Source: Camelus ferus
Taxonomy: Eukaryota
Length of the DNA: 64,000 nt
Assembly: GCF_009834535.1 (NCBI RefSeq)
Contig: NC_045707.1
Span: 62,684,001 to 62,748,000, forward strand
Direction: 5' to 3'
The position numbers were made by a program, and so were the translations under genes. How positions within the stretch are numbered: position 1 is the first letter of the stretch; each line of letters begins with the position of its first letter. Below the pieces are notes generated by a model, which saw only the letters and a list, made by a program, of their open reading frames with translations, searched no databases and was not told the origin of the DNA. Shown piece after piece: positions 48,420 through 61,439 of the stretch.

Positions 48420-49534
48420 AAGCCCTTCAGGATGAACTCAGTGTATCAGCTCAGTGCTCCCTAATACTCTGAATGCCTTCCCCATCTCAGTAACACCTGT
48501 TGAAACTCCATCCTTCAAGGCCAACGGCCAGAAATGCTGCTGGGTTACTGGAGCTGCTGTCCAGCCACTAGATTTTTCTATTAGTTTCTGACTGATACTG
48601 AATGTTGGTTTTCATTGTCTTGGTATTCCTTATAATCTAATGTATCTTTTCTTTGAACTCTTTTCATCTAAGGTAACCTAAACATATCATTTCAAAGAAG
48701 CTAACATAATGATTTTGTAAGCTAGGTGAGTATCACCAGTTCTCAAAGATTTCAGATATTTATGTCAGACATCTAGGAAATAGATATAGGTAAAGAAAGA
48801 ATTTATCTACATTCCTACAGATATACCTAAAGAAATTTTTAAAGGACATTTTGGTAGAATTACCAAGAGGATAAGGATTGTACCAGAATGACAGATGTGC
48901 CAGAGTCAGAAATCCAATAAAGTAAAAATATCTACTAACCAAGAGGTCTTTCTTCCAATACGACTTATATTTGCAAATGTGAATCCAATACAACAGAACG
49001 TGTCAGTTCATCAGTATGTGATTATATTTCTAATGATTGAATTTTGCCTTTATAAACTGTTACTTTAAGGTAGCATTAGTTCTAAAATAATTTGATCTTC
49101 AACAATTTATTTAGAATAAATATGCATTCTGCAACACAATTTTAGAACTCTGAGAAAAAACAGAATGTGAATATGAAGACACATTTGAAAATGAAATTGA
49201 TAATAAAGATTGGAAATGTTTAAAGTATAGTAAAACTTTCCAAAGGCTTGCTATCATCATTATAAGTTGATAAGAAATATGATGGCCATTGCCATATTTC
49301 TAAGAATTGAGAAGAGTGGCTATTATATAGATTTTAGGAACTTATGTAATGTGTGTACACCAGTGTGAACATTTTGAATGTTTTTATGAGACACTTTATT
49401 AGCATTTTATTTTTAACCTAGATTGATATAAACTGTATTGCAGTTATTATTACTCTTTAAACTTTGTTTCTCCTTGTAGAACTTCTACACTAATGGTTTT
49501 GGCTTGTATTGTATACTAACGTGACATGTGAGAT

Positions 49535-50640
49535 ATATTTACTCATTTATACAACAAATAATTATCGAGGACAAAATATTAGTCATACCATACTAAGCCC
49601 TAGTATTTCAGTCCTCATGTATTCTAAGAGGGAAGAGACAAATAAACAAACAAAAAAAACTATACTCCGTAAAATGGTGAGAAATGGATTAAGAAATGGT
49701 GAGAAACAGGATAAAAGGAATATGGACTATCAGTGATCATAGAAGTGTGAGAATGAGCCTGCAGGTGTGTAAGGGAGTGATGTTTCAGGAACTGCAGATT
49801 CAGTGTATTTAATAAATAAAAAAGGAGGCTGGAATAAGAAGGAAAATGGTAGAAGATGACATCAGAGAAGTGAGGATGGTACCAAATCTTATAGAACTTT
49901 TAGGCCATTTTTAGACTTGGCTTTTATTACAAGTGACATAGGAAGCCATTTACCTGATTGTTTGATAAGAAAACATATATAACCTTTCTTGTAACCAGTC
50001 ATTAGTTCTGTGGGTCAATTAGGGGGAGAGCTAATTGCAGCTCAGATCTGTGATATAGAAGTTGATGTGGTGGCAAATGGTTGATTCTGGATATATTTTG
50101 AAGATAGAAGAAACAAGATTTGATAACAAATTGGAATAGTGGTGGTGAACTATAGGGTGGAGTGAAGAATAACTCCATAATATTTTTCCAGATCTACTGG
50201 GAGGATAGAGTTGGCATTTATAAGTTGGGGAGGATGATAGAATGTTGCTGTTGCAAAATGTTAAGTTTGAGTCACCTATTAGAAATCCAAATGGAAATGC
50301 CAAACATAGAGTTAGATATGTACCTGGTTTTCAAGGGAGTGGTCCAGGCTACACATATATTAAATATATAGATAGTTTTGAAAGCCATGAAACTAGTTTA
50401 AGATCTACCAGGGAGTGAGCATAGATAAAGTAGAAAGAAGTTCCTAAGGCTGAGCTTTGATTCACAGCAAAACATGGAGGCTGAGGAAATGAAAATCAGC
50501 CCAGTGCAGGAGACTGAGATGGTACAACCAGTGTTGGGGGAGGGGAACAAAAACATAGATGTTTCTCAGAAGATGGGAGGATGTGGAGGGGAAGGTGCTT
50601 GGGAAATGCTTAGGAAGAAATGAGTAACAACTTTGTCACT
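49535..50640 (-). mobile_element. L2a-like LINE fragment
   Basis: tggttgattctggatatattttgaagatagaa; tgttaagtttgagtcacctattagaaatccaaatggaaatg. Confidence 0.8.
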
Positions 50641-50699
50641 AACCTAAAGTGCTGTCCTGTCTCTCTTGTAACCTTAAGCTCTTTCTCTGGGCAGCCCTC

Positions 50700-52540
50700 T
50701 TACTTTTGTTTTACATTTCTAATTACAAAATAAATTCAAGCTAACTGTAGAAAACTTGGGAAATCGGGATAAGAAAGGGGAGGATAAGGATAAAGAAAAT
50801 GAAGAGGGAAAGGAGAAAAAAGGACAAAGGGAAGAAACACATCCTGCTGCTAACTAGGGTGGATTAATTGAAGCTCATCTTAAATGCTTTAAAAAAATTG
50901 AAATAGAAAATTCACAATTCTGTAATGAATTTTAAATTTTAAATTTTTTAAATTCAATATTATACCTTAAACATTTTTTCAGGACAGCATTTTAGTGATA
51001 CTTACATTTCCATAATAAGATGCTTCAAATTTTTTTTAAGGACCTTATAATTTCTCAACCATGATCTTATATTTAACTCTTTTACTATTATACATATAGA
51101 TAATATTTTTCGTACTTATCCTTACTTTTTAATTCACATGTGTGATCATTCCTTTAAAACAGATTCCCATGAGTTTTTTTTTTAAAGCTGAAATGGAACA
51201 ATTGAGTTAAAGAATATGAAAATATCTAAGGCTCTTAATAGAAATTACAAGATTGTTTTACAGAAAGTCTCACCCATTCACATTCTTACCAGTTTTGTAA
51301 GAGAATAAATCAGCAATTGCTTTGCACTTGGCAGAACTTAGTTACTTTTTAAATATATACATATTAAGGATATTGATAGCTGAAAAATATTTTTCTTTTA
51401 GTATATTTAAATGTCTTTGATTTTAAGTGAGGTTGAGTTTTTCCTCCAAATAGTTGTTAGCCATATTTACTCCCTGTTTGTGTGTGTGTATAATTGTCTC
51501 TACTTACTTATTGCCCATTATTTCTATTGGAGTTTTACTTTTGTAAAAATATCTTTTTTATAACTTTTTTATATTGTAATGATATTACTACTTAATCATA
51601 TGTATTGTAAATATTTTCCTAATTTGTTGCTTAGTTTTTCCACCTTGTCTGTTTTGTATATTTTATTGCTAGTTCTTCACATGATTTTATTTTAAATTTG
51701 CAGAAATGTTTATATAGTCAATCCCATCTTCTCTCACTGTGGATAATTCCAATTCTCATTAGCATTTTATGATTTTATTTTCTTTTTATTTTACAATCAA
51801 TCCTTTAAACTACCTGGAATTCATTTTGTTGCATGGCGTGACTTGAAAACAAATTGATTAAAAAAAAACTAACAATGAAGTTATTTATGATAACGCTGCA
51901 GTATCCCACTCATTGTTATATATATATATAAAGTATATATATATATATACTATAGCATATAATATATAGCATATCAGACATTATATATAGGATATAATAT
52001 ATATACCTATCTGACCAGAGTTTGTTTCTATGTTTTTTTATTGTGATCTTGCTAACTTCCTGTCTACAGTGTTCTTAAACTGATAGCAGGACTAGTTTTA
52101 ACTATGATAGTGCTAAAATGCAGTTCATGTTTTATAAGGCTACCTTTTCCACCTTACTCTTTCCCCAGTATCCTGAGATTTGAAATCATCTAGAATCATA
52201 CCAGATAAATTAGTTATTACAGAGTTTTATTCTTCCAGGTGTGTCGATTTTTTTGTTTTTTGCTTTTTGTTTTTGCTCGTGTCAATATGAGCAAGATTTT
52301 TATGGAAGCTATCTTAAATTTGACAAGAAAATATATGAATGTGAATCATGTCTTAAACTATTCAGATTTTTTAATGCTTTGCAGTAAAGTTTTGTGATTG
52401 TATTCACATGTTCCCACCCACTTCTTTTCATGGCTGTTTGGTGGCAGTTTTTTTGGAGGCAACTACTATAATTTGTTTTCATTACATACATTAAAGTGGC
52501 TATTGCTGGAATATAATATGACATTTTATTTTATTTTTAA
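50700..52540 (-). mobile_element. Highly decayed L1M relic(s) with a (TA)n tract at ~51917-52005
   Basis: taagtgaggttgag...ttgttagccatatttactcc...ttgcccattatttctattgg...tgtattgtaaatattttcc. Confidence 0.65.
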
Positions 52541-52696
52541 ATTTTATTTTATTTTCCTAGGAAGGGTGCTGTTCTGAGATTAAACCCAACAGGTCTGAAT
52601 ACTTACATGAGAGATAGTAGTCAAGGGAAAATGCTTTGTTTAAATTGCCTGCACTTTTTTCCCCATAGCTTTTTTAAAGGTAGAAACTAGCTTTTT

Positions 52697-52698
<2 letters not shown>

Positions 52699-52727
<29 letters not shown>
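52699..52727. repeat. Poly(T) tract of 29 nt
   Basis: Seen directly. Confidence 0.95.
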
Positions 52728-53479
52728 GAGGCATACTCTCCTTTCTTCTTTAGAGTGACAAAGCCCTTTTATTTATGCAAATGTAACGGTCTGAATGTGG
52801 GATAGTATCCAAAGACTGATGTTTCTGACCGAGATATTAAGCATTTTGTTTAATAATGAACTGGATTTTTATTCAGGACACAAAGACATCTCTGATAAGG
52901 TTTATTAGCTATACTTCTTTCATTCTTTTTCACTTGTCAGGAGAGAGGAAGCTGAGTTGTTGGAAGCTGAGTTCTCCTAATCTAAGGATATAAAGAGTTG
53001 GAATTTTCAGAAGAGAATACTATGCAGGCTACATCCAGGGAAAAGGGAGCTGTGGGTGGGCTCTAGCCAGTGGGCTGGAGGAGAAATGAGACCTGATTAT
53101 CTGGTTTTTAGATTTCATTTTATGGATTACAGTTCCTTTATGTTGTCCTCCAGCATTTGATAAAATTTATGAAACAAAGTAGCCTAGGTTTAGCTGCAAT
53201 TTGGGAAATCAAGAGAATAATCTGAAGCATAATAGAGCAGGAATTGCTGCAGCAACCTGAATGATTATTTGTAGAAACGAAAGAGTTGTTACATGAAGAC
53301 AATTCGGAAGGATAGTTCTGTGGGATATGAAGATGCCCATTCTGGGGAATCCTCCTGAATACTGGGGTGAAGTTGACTCCCTTCAGCATGGATGATGGTT
53401 TCTCATGGTATATTATTTGGATATTAAAATAAAGGCTTGTCCACACACACCCCCACTACCACCTCCCACGGACACTTAT

Positions 53480-54030
53480 CCCTAATTCAGAAGACTGGAG
53501 ACATTATGACAAGTATACTTACCATATAACCAGCTGTTAATAAACTTTCCTATTAAATCTAATAGTTCTCAGTTGATTCTCTAGGGCTTCCAGATCTATA
53601 ACTGTGTCATTTGAAAATCATTATTTTATACTACCCTTTTAAGAGTTTTCTCTCTTATATCTGCTTTATTTAGTCATGCCAGAATATCCAGAATCATATC
53701 AATTAATAATAGCAATTACAGACATCTTTGCTTTCCTTCTGGTTTTAATGAGTATGATTTTTTTTGTGCATCACCATTAAGTTTTATGTTGGCTCTTGAT
53801 TTAAAGTACATATTTGATACAGTTTTAAGGAAAATACTCCTGAATTTCTGCTTTCTTAAATTTGTTAATATCATTAAAGAGTATTAAATGGTACTCAGGT
53901 TCTGTTGCAGTAATATTTTCTTATTTCACTTATTTATATGATAAAAGATTTTTAATTAATAAGCTATCATTTTTTTTAGGGTAGATCTTATTTGTTATGG
54001 TGGATTTTAATTGTTTTGTGTATTTTTGGC
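53480..54030 (-). mobile_element. Decayed L1M ORF2 relic
   Basis: tcagttgattctctagggcttccaga...gtgtcatttgaaaat...tcaccattaagttttatgttggct. Confidence 0.65.
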
Positions 54031-54444
54031 CTTGGTTTCATGTAGCAGATTTAGTTGTAAGAGATTACAAAAAAGTGAGGAAATTTACTGACATGGAATG
54101 AAAATGTGTCACTAGGAAGAATGAAACAGTCTGATAAACCAGGTTTCTTTATCTTCTCACTCTTGTAACAAAACAGTAGGGAGTGCTGGTCTACAGCTTC
54201 AAACAAGTCCACATGACAAGGAAGAAGATTTTGTATAAAACAAAAGCAGAGTATTGTTAACAGGAGTCATGGCAAAATTCCAAAAATTTTAAAAGACAAA
54301 ATTACATACATATTAAATGTAATGATGACTTTAGTTTGCTAATAGTTTGTTTAGAATGTCCACATTTACATGATGTGACACTATCACTGACATTTTTGGC
54401 TCTATTTTTTCAAACTCCAAATAAAGATTAATACAGCTAGATAG

Positions 54445-54969
54445 ACAATAGCCAAGACATGGAATCAACCCAAGTGCCCATCAACAGATGATTGGCTTAT
54501 TGACAAGAAAACTCAGCCATTAAAAATAATGAAGTATTGCCATTTGCAGCAACATGGATGGACATAGAAAGAATATTATTTAGTGAAATATTAAGAATAT
54601 TACTTAGTGAAATAAGTCAGAGAAAGACAAATACTACATGACATCACTTACATGTGGAACCTAAACATAATACAAATGAATGTAAATACAAATCATAAAC
54701 AGACTCACAGGCAAAAAAAAAAATTTATGGTGATGAAAATGTAGAGGGAAGGGGGAAGGGACAAATTAAGAATATGGGATTAACAGATACAAACCACTAT
54801 ACATAAAATAGAAAATCAACAAGGATTTACTGTATAGCACAGGGGATTATACCCAATTATCTTATAATAATCTATAATGGAATATAATCTACAAGAAAAC
54901 TGAATCACTGTGCTGTACACCTGAAGCTAACACAATATCATATATTATCAGCCATACTTCAATAAAAAA
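54445..54969 (+). mobile_element. Cetartiodactyl-type L1 3' end
   Basis: acaatagccaagacatggaatcaacccaagtgcccatcaacagatga; gcagcaacatggatggac; aacaaggatttactgtatagcacagg; tgctgtacacctgaagctaacacaa...caataaaaaa. Confidence 0.9.
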
Positions 54970-56566
54970 GACAGTTGATAATAAATGCTAGTGAGAAAAA
55001 TAACACAGTCAAGGGGGAGAACTGTGAAAGGAGTTGTAATTTTAAGTAGAGAGGTAAGGGGAGATCTCAATGAGGAGGTGACCTTTGAACAAAGACCTGG
55101 AAGGAGCAAAGTAACTCCTGTGGAGATCTGAGAGTGGAGTGTATCAGGCAGTTGGCAACATGCTTGGTGTACTTCAGAACATCAAGGAATCAGATGGCCA
55201 GAGCAGAGGTGTGTAAGGTGACAGCAGTATGAGATGAGGCCAAAAAGTTAAAGGGGGAGTTGAGCTTTTAGGACCTTGAGAGTTTTGGTGGGACTTTGGC
55301 TTTTAATCTCCATGGGATCAGAAAATATTAGAGGATCTGTAGTGAGAAGAAATACAGTCTTAGTTACATATCTGCTGTGGGACTAGAGTATAAGGGGACA
55401 AGTACAGAAGGTAGAAGATCAGTTAGAAGACTAATAAAATAATCCCAATGAGATTATTGGGAATATTTAATGGTGCTCTAGGCCAGAATAGCAGCTTTGA
55501 AGAGGAAGGGGGAAGGACAGTGAGCTGAGTGATTGGATATGAGGTGTGATAAAAAGGGAAAGGCCAAGGATGAAACTAAAGTTTTGGCCTGGAAGATGGA
55601 ATGGCATTTTTCAAAATGAGGAATATCAGAAAGAATAAATTGAAGAGGGGACTATTAGTATGCCTTTCGATATACTAAAATTTTAGACACTATGCAATCC
55701 TGTAAATTTGTGGATTATATTTGGATATTTGATCCTGAGGTTCAGAGAAAATAAAATTTGATGTTATCAGGGATGTGAATACAAATTCAGAACAGAAGAA
55801 ATCTGTGAACTGAGATTTCATTGAGACACTCTAAATATATAAGTAGAGATGAGGAGAGTCAGCAAAGAGACTGGAGTTCAGAGGAAAGTGAAGAAGAGAA
55901 ATACCAGGAGGGAGTCCTGAAAGCCAAATGAAGAAAATCATTGGAGTGGCAAGTGGCCAACCACCGAATGCTGTTTCTAAGTCAAGAAAGATGAGTGTAG
56001 AGAATCAACATCAAATTTAGCAAAGTGGAAGTCACTGTTAACCATAACAATAGCATTTTTGTGAAGAAGTAGAAGAAAGTGATTTACTAGAGAGAGTTCA
56101 CATGAGAATGAAAGAAGAGGAATTGGAGGAGTGAATATAAGCAAGTTCTATGAGGAATTTTGCTCTAAGAGTTTATAGAGAAATAGAACAGTAAGTACAC
56201 AGGAATGTAGACTCAAGATAGATTTATTTTATTTTATTTTATTTCATTTTAAATATTGGAGAATCAACACTATGATTACATGTTGATAAGGGTGATGTAC
56301 TAGAGGAAATAATTAATGATGCTGGAGACAGAGGAGAATTGCTAAGGCAATGTCCTTGAGGGGTCTGCAGATGTGAGACTAAGGGCCCAAGCAAGCAGAC
56401 TGCCATTATCAATGGGCACGAATACCGCATCTGAAGAAAAGGGGAAGGAGGAAGAGTATATGAGCACAGATGCAGGAGAATTTCAATTAAATAAGAAGGA
56501 AGATCTTTAGATGAGGATGAAGACAGAAGCTAGTGTCTTGGAAGAGTGTGAGCATATGGAGTAGGG
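54970..56566 (-). mobile_element. Long L2a-like LINE fragment
   Basis: gaggaggtgacctttgaacaaagacctg; ggccaaggatgaaactaaagttttggcctg; gtcctgaaagccaaatgaagaaa; gtcaagaaagatgag. Confidence 0.85.
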
Positions 56567-57044
56567 GAGCAGTTCCAAAAATGAAATTTAGTGACCCCAG
56601 CGGGAACAGTCCCAAGACTTCTTCAGGGTACCAGAGTGCCTTCCTTTTCTAGCTACATAGGAACTTGTGGTGGAATTTTCTTCACATACTACAACCCAAG
56701 CAACAATGCAGAAGCTGACATGAGAATCCCACTATCTTTTATTAAGGCTTACATTAAGAAGATATTTACAAAAATGGAAATAATGTTACTCATTACTAAA
56801 TTTCTGTTTTCAAAAATACACTTATTTCTCATAAAAATGTTATTTCAGCTAATGTATACTATATCTATTATTCTTAGTTTAAAATGAATTAATGCATAAA
56901 TAGTTTAAACTCTCTCCTATTTTTATACCTAATATAAAAATTTTCAGTAGACATAACCACCATTAAAAAACAAGCTCTTTGGTGTTCTCAATAATTTTTA
57001 AGAGTGTTAAGAAATCCTGAGATTAAAAATTTGAAAGATAATAG
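56567..57044 (+). mobile_element. Charlie1 (Charlie1a/1b-like) hAT transposon derivative
   Basis: aatgcagaagctgacatgagaatccc...tattaagg; end aagctctttggtgttctcaataatttttaagagtg...tcctgagattaaaaatttga. Confidence 0.85.
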
Positions 57045-58742
57045 GTTAAGAAGACAAACTTATATTACCAAAGACTTTTCCCATATTTTCCAACAGCTTT
57101 TATCGCTGGTGTGATTTCAGGTGCCATTAAATGCTCAGTGTTCTCCGTGTGATTTCCATGTAAACCCTTTAAAGACTGCAATTAGTAGAATTGCCTCTCA
57201 ACATCCACCCTACTCCCAACTCTTTCATAAACAGAGAACTCACACTCATTTCTTATTTTCTTTTTTCCTTTGTTGCTAGCATTAAGGATGTTTTGTCTTC
57301 TTGCAATAAGCAAATAATTGGTGACATTGGATGAGCTCCCAGAGACACCGTCCTTGAGAACAGAGATTTACGTACACATTTGCTGAGAGACTGAAACCCA
57401 GGAAGGACACTTAATCCTAAGCAATAGAGATTTTTAAAACAGATTACTCTTTCATTCAGATTCCTCCTTATGCTTATGAAACTCACTTTTTTCACAAACT
57501 TTGTACTGACTCGTTACTGAATCATACAGTCTAGCCTTATTCTAATGAAAAAAAAATGTGTATTTACAACAAATACTAATAATAATAGTAATTGTGAGCA
57601 TCAACAATCTACTGAGTATTGCAATAAGCAACATATAGTTTTGTTACTTCAGGGTTTTCATAATAAATTTACATTATTAAGTTTTGACAGGAGAGAATAT
57701 ATGTCAAAATGAAAAAAAAAAGCATCAAAGCCCCTTAACATTGTCGAGAAGTATTGTGAATGACTTGCAAATGTGCAAGAAAGATCACTAGATGTCTTGT
57801 TCAAAGTGCTTTTCTGAGTTATCTTCACTTTCCATTGTCTTTTAAGCTATTTGCAGTTTTATAAATTATAGAAATATGTTTGTAATACAAATTATTCTTA
57901 TCCATAGAAACATAAATAAATTGTACTTTGCCTGGTAGGGATGCAACTGATAATTGCCTTGTGGATATTGACCACTTTTGAATCTACTTATAAATTCATT
58001 TCAGCATTCTGGATTGTCCAAACATCTATTCTTTGAATTCTCCTTCAGGTTGGCTTTAACATCCTTTTGGTTTCCTCATTAATTGATGAATTAAATGAAA
58101 TTGTTGAGAAGTGTTTATCTTATATTTTTGTGATGACATTATGTTTTTAAAAGATTATTCTCTGATAATATTTTGTCAAAACATAAATTTTCTTCCAGTC
58201 AATCAAAACTACAATATTTTATAAAATGATACAGAAAAGACAAGTGGTTCTCAGACATTCACTGATCATTGTATTTACCCTGTATTTCACAATTTGAAGC
58301 TTAATATACAAATGCATTTTGGGTGAAGGGGGATGTTGGCAGAAAGGGGAGGGTGAAAGTTAAAGACATTCAAAACCAAACAAAAGTTGTCTTCTGACCT
58401 TATCATTTCATGAAAGGACATTTTAAAAGCAAGATTTAAGAAGAGTATACATTTAAAATAAAAGTAGCTTTTTAATAAAAATAGGTTAGGTTTGTAAGAG
58501 CTTGTTGCATTACCTTTATTTTCTGCACTTCACTGCACACAGGTGAAAACTTTTTATCAGAGATTATGACTGGCCAAAAAATGACCAATTTAGAGAAACT
58601 GAGATTTACCAAGATACTTAGATGATTAAGGCTTTTCCTGACTTGCTTAAATTAACTACATGCATATAATTGTATTAGCTGTTTCACACTGCATTGTAAT
58701 TATCATTCTCCTTCAGTAGACAGTGAGTTTCCGAAGGCTATT

Positions 58743-59199
58743 TGTTAGAGACTGCTAGCTGTCAAACAGAATACCTTTTTCTCATCTTTCTTGGCAATAG
58801 TTAGAAACTTGGCTGCCTATCTATGTTACATTTCCAGTCTCCCTTGCAATTAGACTTCTCATGTTTGCTAAGTTTTCACAGATGGAAGGTAAGCAGATAT
58901 AAAGTGCAGACTTCACTCACGGCCTCTTAAAAGAGTGGGCATACCTCTTCCATGACCTCTTTTTGCTTCCCAGAAGTTACAATCTAGATATAGTCACTAG
59001 TTACAACCTAACTGTGACAATGTAGTTGAGGATGGTGAAAAAAAGATGAAAAAAACCTGGGTTTCAGAATAACTATGTGGAACAGATCTCTGTGCTATCT
59101 TAGAATTGTTACATGAGAGAGAGAGAAGCTTCCATCTTCTTTAGGCTTCTTAGAGTTGGCTTTCTGCATTATGATAGTCTAGGCATAGACTAAATAATA
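58743..59199 (+). mobile_element. MLT1J-like MaLR LTR nested in an L2 3' end (L2 at ~58660-58742 and ~59200-59296)
   Basis: tgttagagactgctagctg...acatttccagtctcccttgcaattag...aacctgggtttc...tgttacatgagagaga. Confidence 0.75.
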
Positions 59200-59759
59200 A
59201 AAAGTGAAACTATATTTAATATCTCAATAGCCTAGGATGATGATTGGCACATAAAGAATATATAATAAATGCTTCTCAAATAAATTAATAAATGAAATGT
59301 TGAATAATACAGAAATAACTGTATGGCATGGTTATGTAATTGAGTGGCATGGTCAATAACAATAATTGTTATATAAAGGTAACATTTGGTGTAACACTTA
59401 GCCTTACAAGGCCTTGTTATATACACTAAATAATAAAATGATTACAATCATCCTACAATTTAGACATTATCATTTTATAGCAAGTATTCATTAAATGTTT
59501 ACTACTGGAATGAATATCAAATAATTCCATTCAACAATCTTTAAATTGTTTAAAAATGTGATAATATTTAACTTTTCAAATTTCACATGACCTTACTCTT
59601 TCTGTGCTCTAGTTTCTAAAAGCCTTAGATAATCTATTTTTTTTTTATTTTTCTGCTTATAGTGAATAAACTGGTGGCATTTTGAATTATTTTAGTTCCA
59701 ATGAAAAGATATATTTCTGCCATACAATAGATATATTATTATCTATCAGAAATTAGAAA

Positions 59760-59895
59760 ATAATTATCATAATAATTATGATTATTATGATGATGATGTT
59801 TATTTACAAATGTGGAAATTGAGGCTAAGAAGTTAAGTGTCTTTCCCAAGGTTGAACAGATATTTATAGTGGATATTGAATTTGAACCCCACTAT
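59760..59895 (-). mobile_element. MIR core
   Basis: tttacaaatgtggaaattgaggctaagaagttaagtgtctttcccaagg...tttgaaccc. Confidence 0.8.
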
Positions 59896-61340
59896 AATGA
59901 TAATTAATTCATTCAGAGGATAATATTTAAGTAGCATACCGTATTTGGGTATGTGGCTGTTTTAACACGAGGATTTAGTAGAAGTTAGATCAATCCCAAC
60001 TTATGTTTTGCTCAAAGGCTGCATTTTTAGAGACAAATTTTCAAGATAACTTTTACAATCCAACTTGCTGAAAGTTTTATAAATTTACCCACTCTCCTTT
60101 TAGCCCACCTCCCACACACAGTCATTTCAAATCCATAACACAGTGTAAAATAAAGTACTTTCTTCTGGAAACATTTCTGATCACTTCTTTACAAGAGTAC
60201 AAAATTTGAGATTGAATATGTGAGGGTCAAAAACATATCAACTGTATAAAAATATAGAGTTAATTTCTTGACAGATTCTGATTCTCTTATTTCCACAATT
60301 GAAGCTTTCCAAACTATCACCATGACCTCTCTAACCACTAACTCTTTGGACAATGCTGTTCTCTCTTCTGTATCATATTTGAAATACCTCATGTAGTTTG
60401 TTTCTTAATAACACAAAGCATGGCTCTTTTGCCTATTTATAAGGGAAATAAAGAGTAAATATACATCATAGTTAGAGACTATCTATTTGGCATGGGTTAT
60501 ACATTATTTCCACAATACTTGGAATATATTCAACTTTTTTTGTGAGTTTGTTCTGTTACATCTGTTGATTACAAATATTCTTTTCTTTTACTTATTTGTG
60601 CACAAGATGGTATATCATTCCTTGAAATAGCCTTTCATTATTTTTCCTTTTACACTACCATCATCATTGCAACCTGTATTTGCATATTTTAACACTCCAC
60701 AGGAAAGCTTAGGAACATGATTTTAGCATTTCCCATTTGAACTGCAGTTTCAGCCTCATTCAGGAACCAGCAAGCGCATCCTCAACCAGGCAGGTACACA
60801 ATGGTGAAGTATTACTTCCAACATTGTGGAGCCAAGGAGACTTCTAGGTTATTATTGGCTTTAATTATCACTCCCATACGCTGTAATATTCTTTACTTTT
60901 GGTGAAGCAGCACTCCACAGAGTGTGAAATCTTCCCTGCTTTTGAAAATATCCAAGAAATGAACTGAATAGCTTCCAAGCTGCTGTAACAACTGAACACC
61001 CACTGATAAGTAGAGGCAAGGGGCAAATTTATCATCACCAATAGAAAATAAGCTTTTTGAAAGTGAGATTTGAGACATCTAGCCAGCTGCTTCTTACCAG
61101 CAGTGATCAGCAAAACCAAATCCACTTTCATTTTAAACTCACAAGCATTTTATCTTCCCTGATTGGTATTCAAGTCAATAAAAAAGCACAGTCGTTTTTT
61201 TTGTTTAATGTTTATAATTTATTTATTGCTATAAAATTTTAACACTAAAATATTAAGATAAATAGTTCTGATAGTTATAACCATTAATTTCCAGTTCTAT
61301 TCTCATCCATAATGTCTGCTTTTTTTTTTTCTTCCGTCAG

Positions 61341-61439
61341 ATGCTTCAAGTACAAATCAGACCTGAGGATTTGAATAGGCTCCATTTAGTCTCTCTTCCG
61401 GAGGCCCCACCCACAATCCTGATTTCTTTGCCTCTTAAG
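61341..61439 (+). other. Candidate 99-nt internal exon (unknown transcript)
   Basis: Acceptor ctgc(T)11cttccgtcag|ATG; donor AAG|GTAAGG; open only in phase 0 (MLQVQIRPEDLNRLHLVSLPEAPPTILISLPLK); no protein recognised. Confidence 0.3.

Noticed and set aside
52688..52760. Poly(T)29 as the tail of a retrocopy or SINE
   Set aside because: No recognisable element body or TSD next to it.
52860..53450. Possible old LTR relic and 102-aa minus ORF
   Set aside because: Could not assign a family or protein from the sequence alone.
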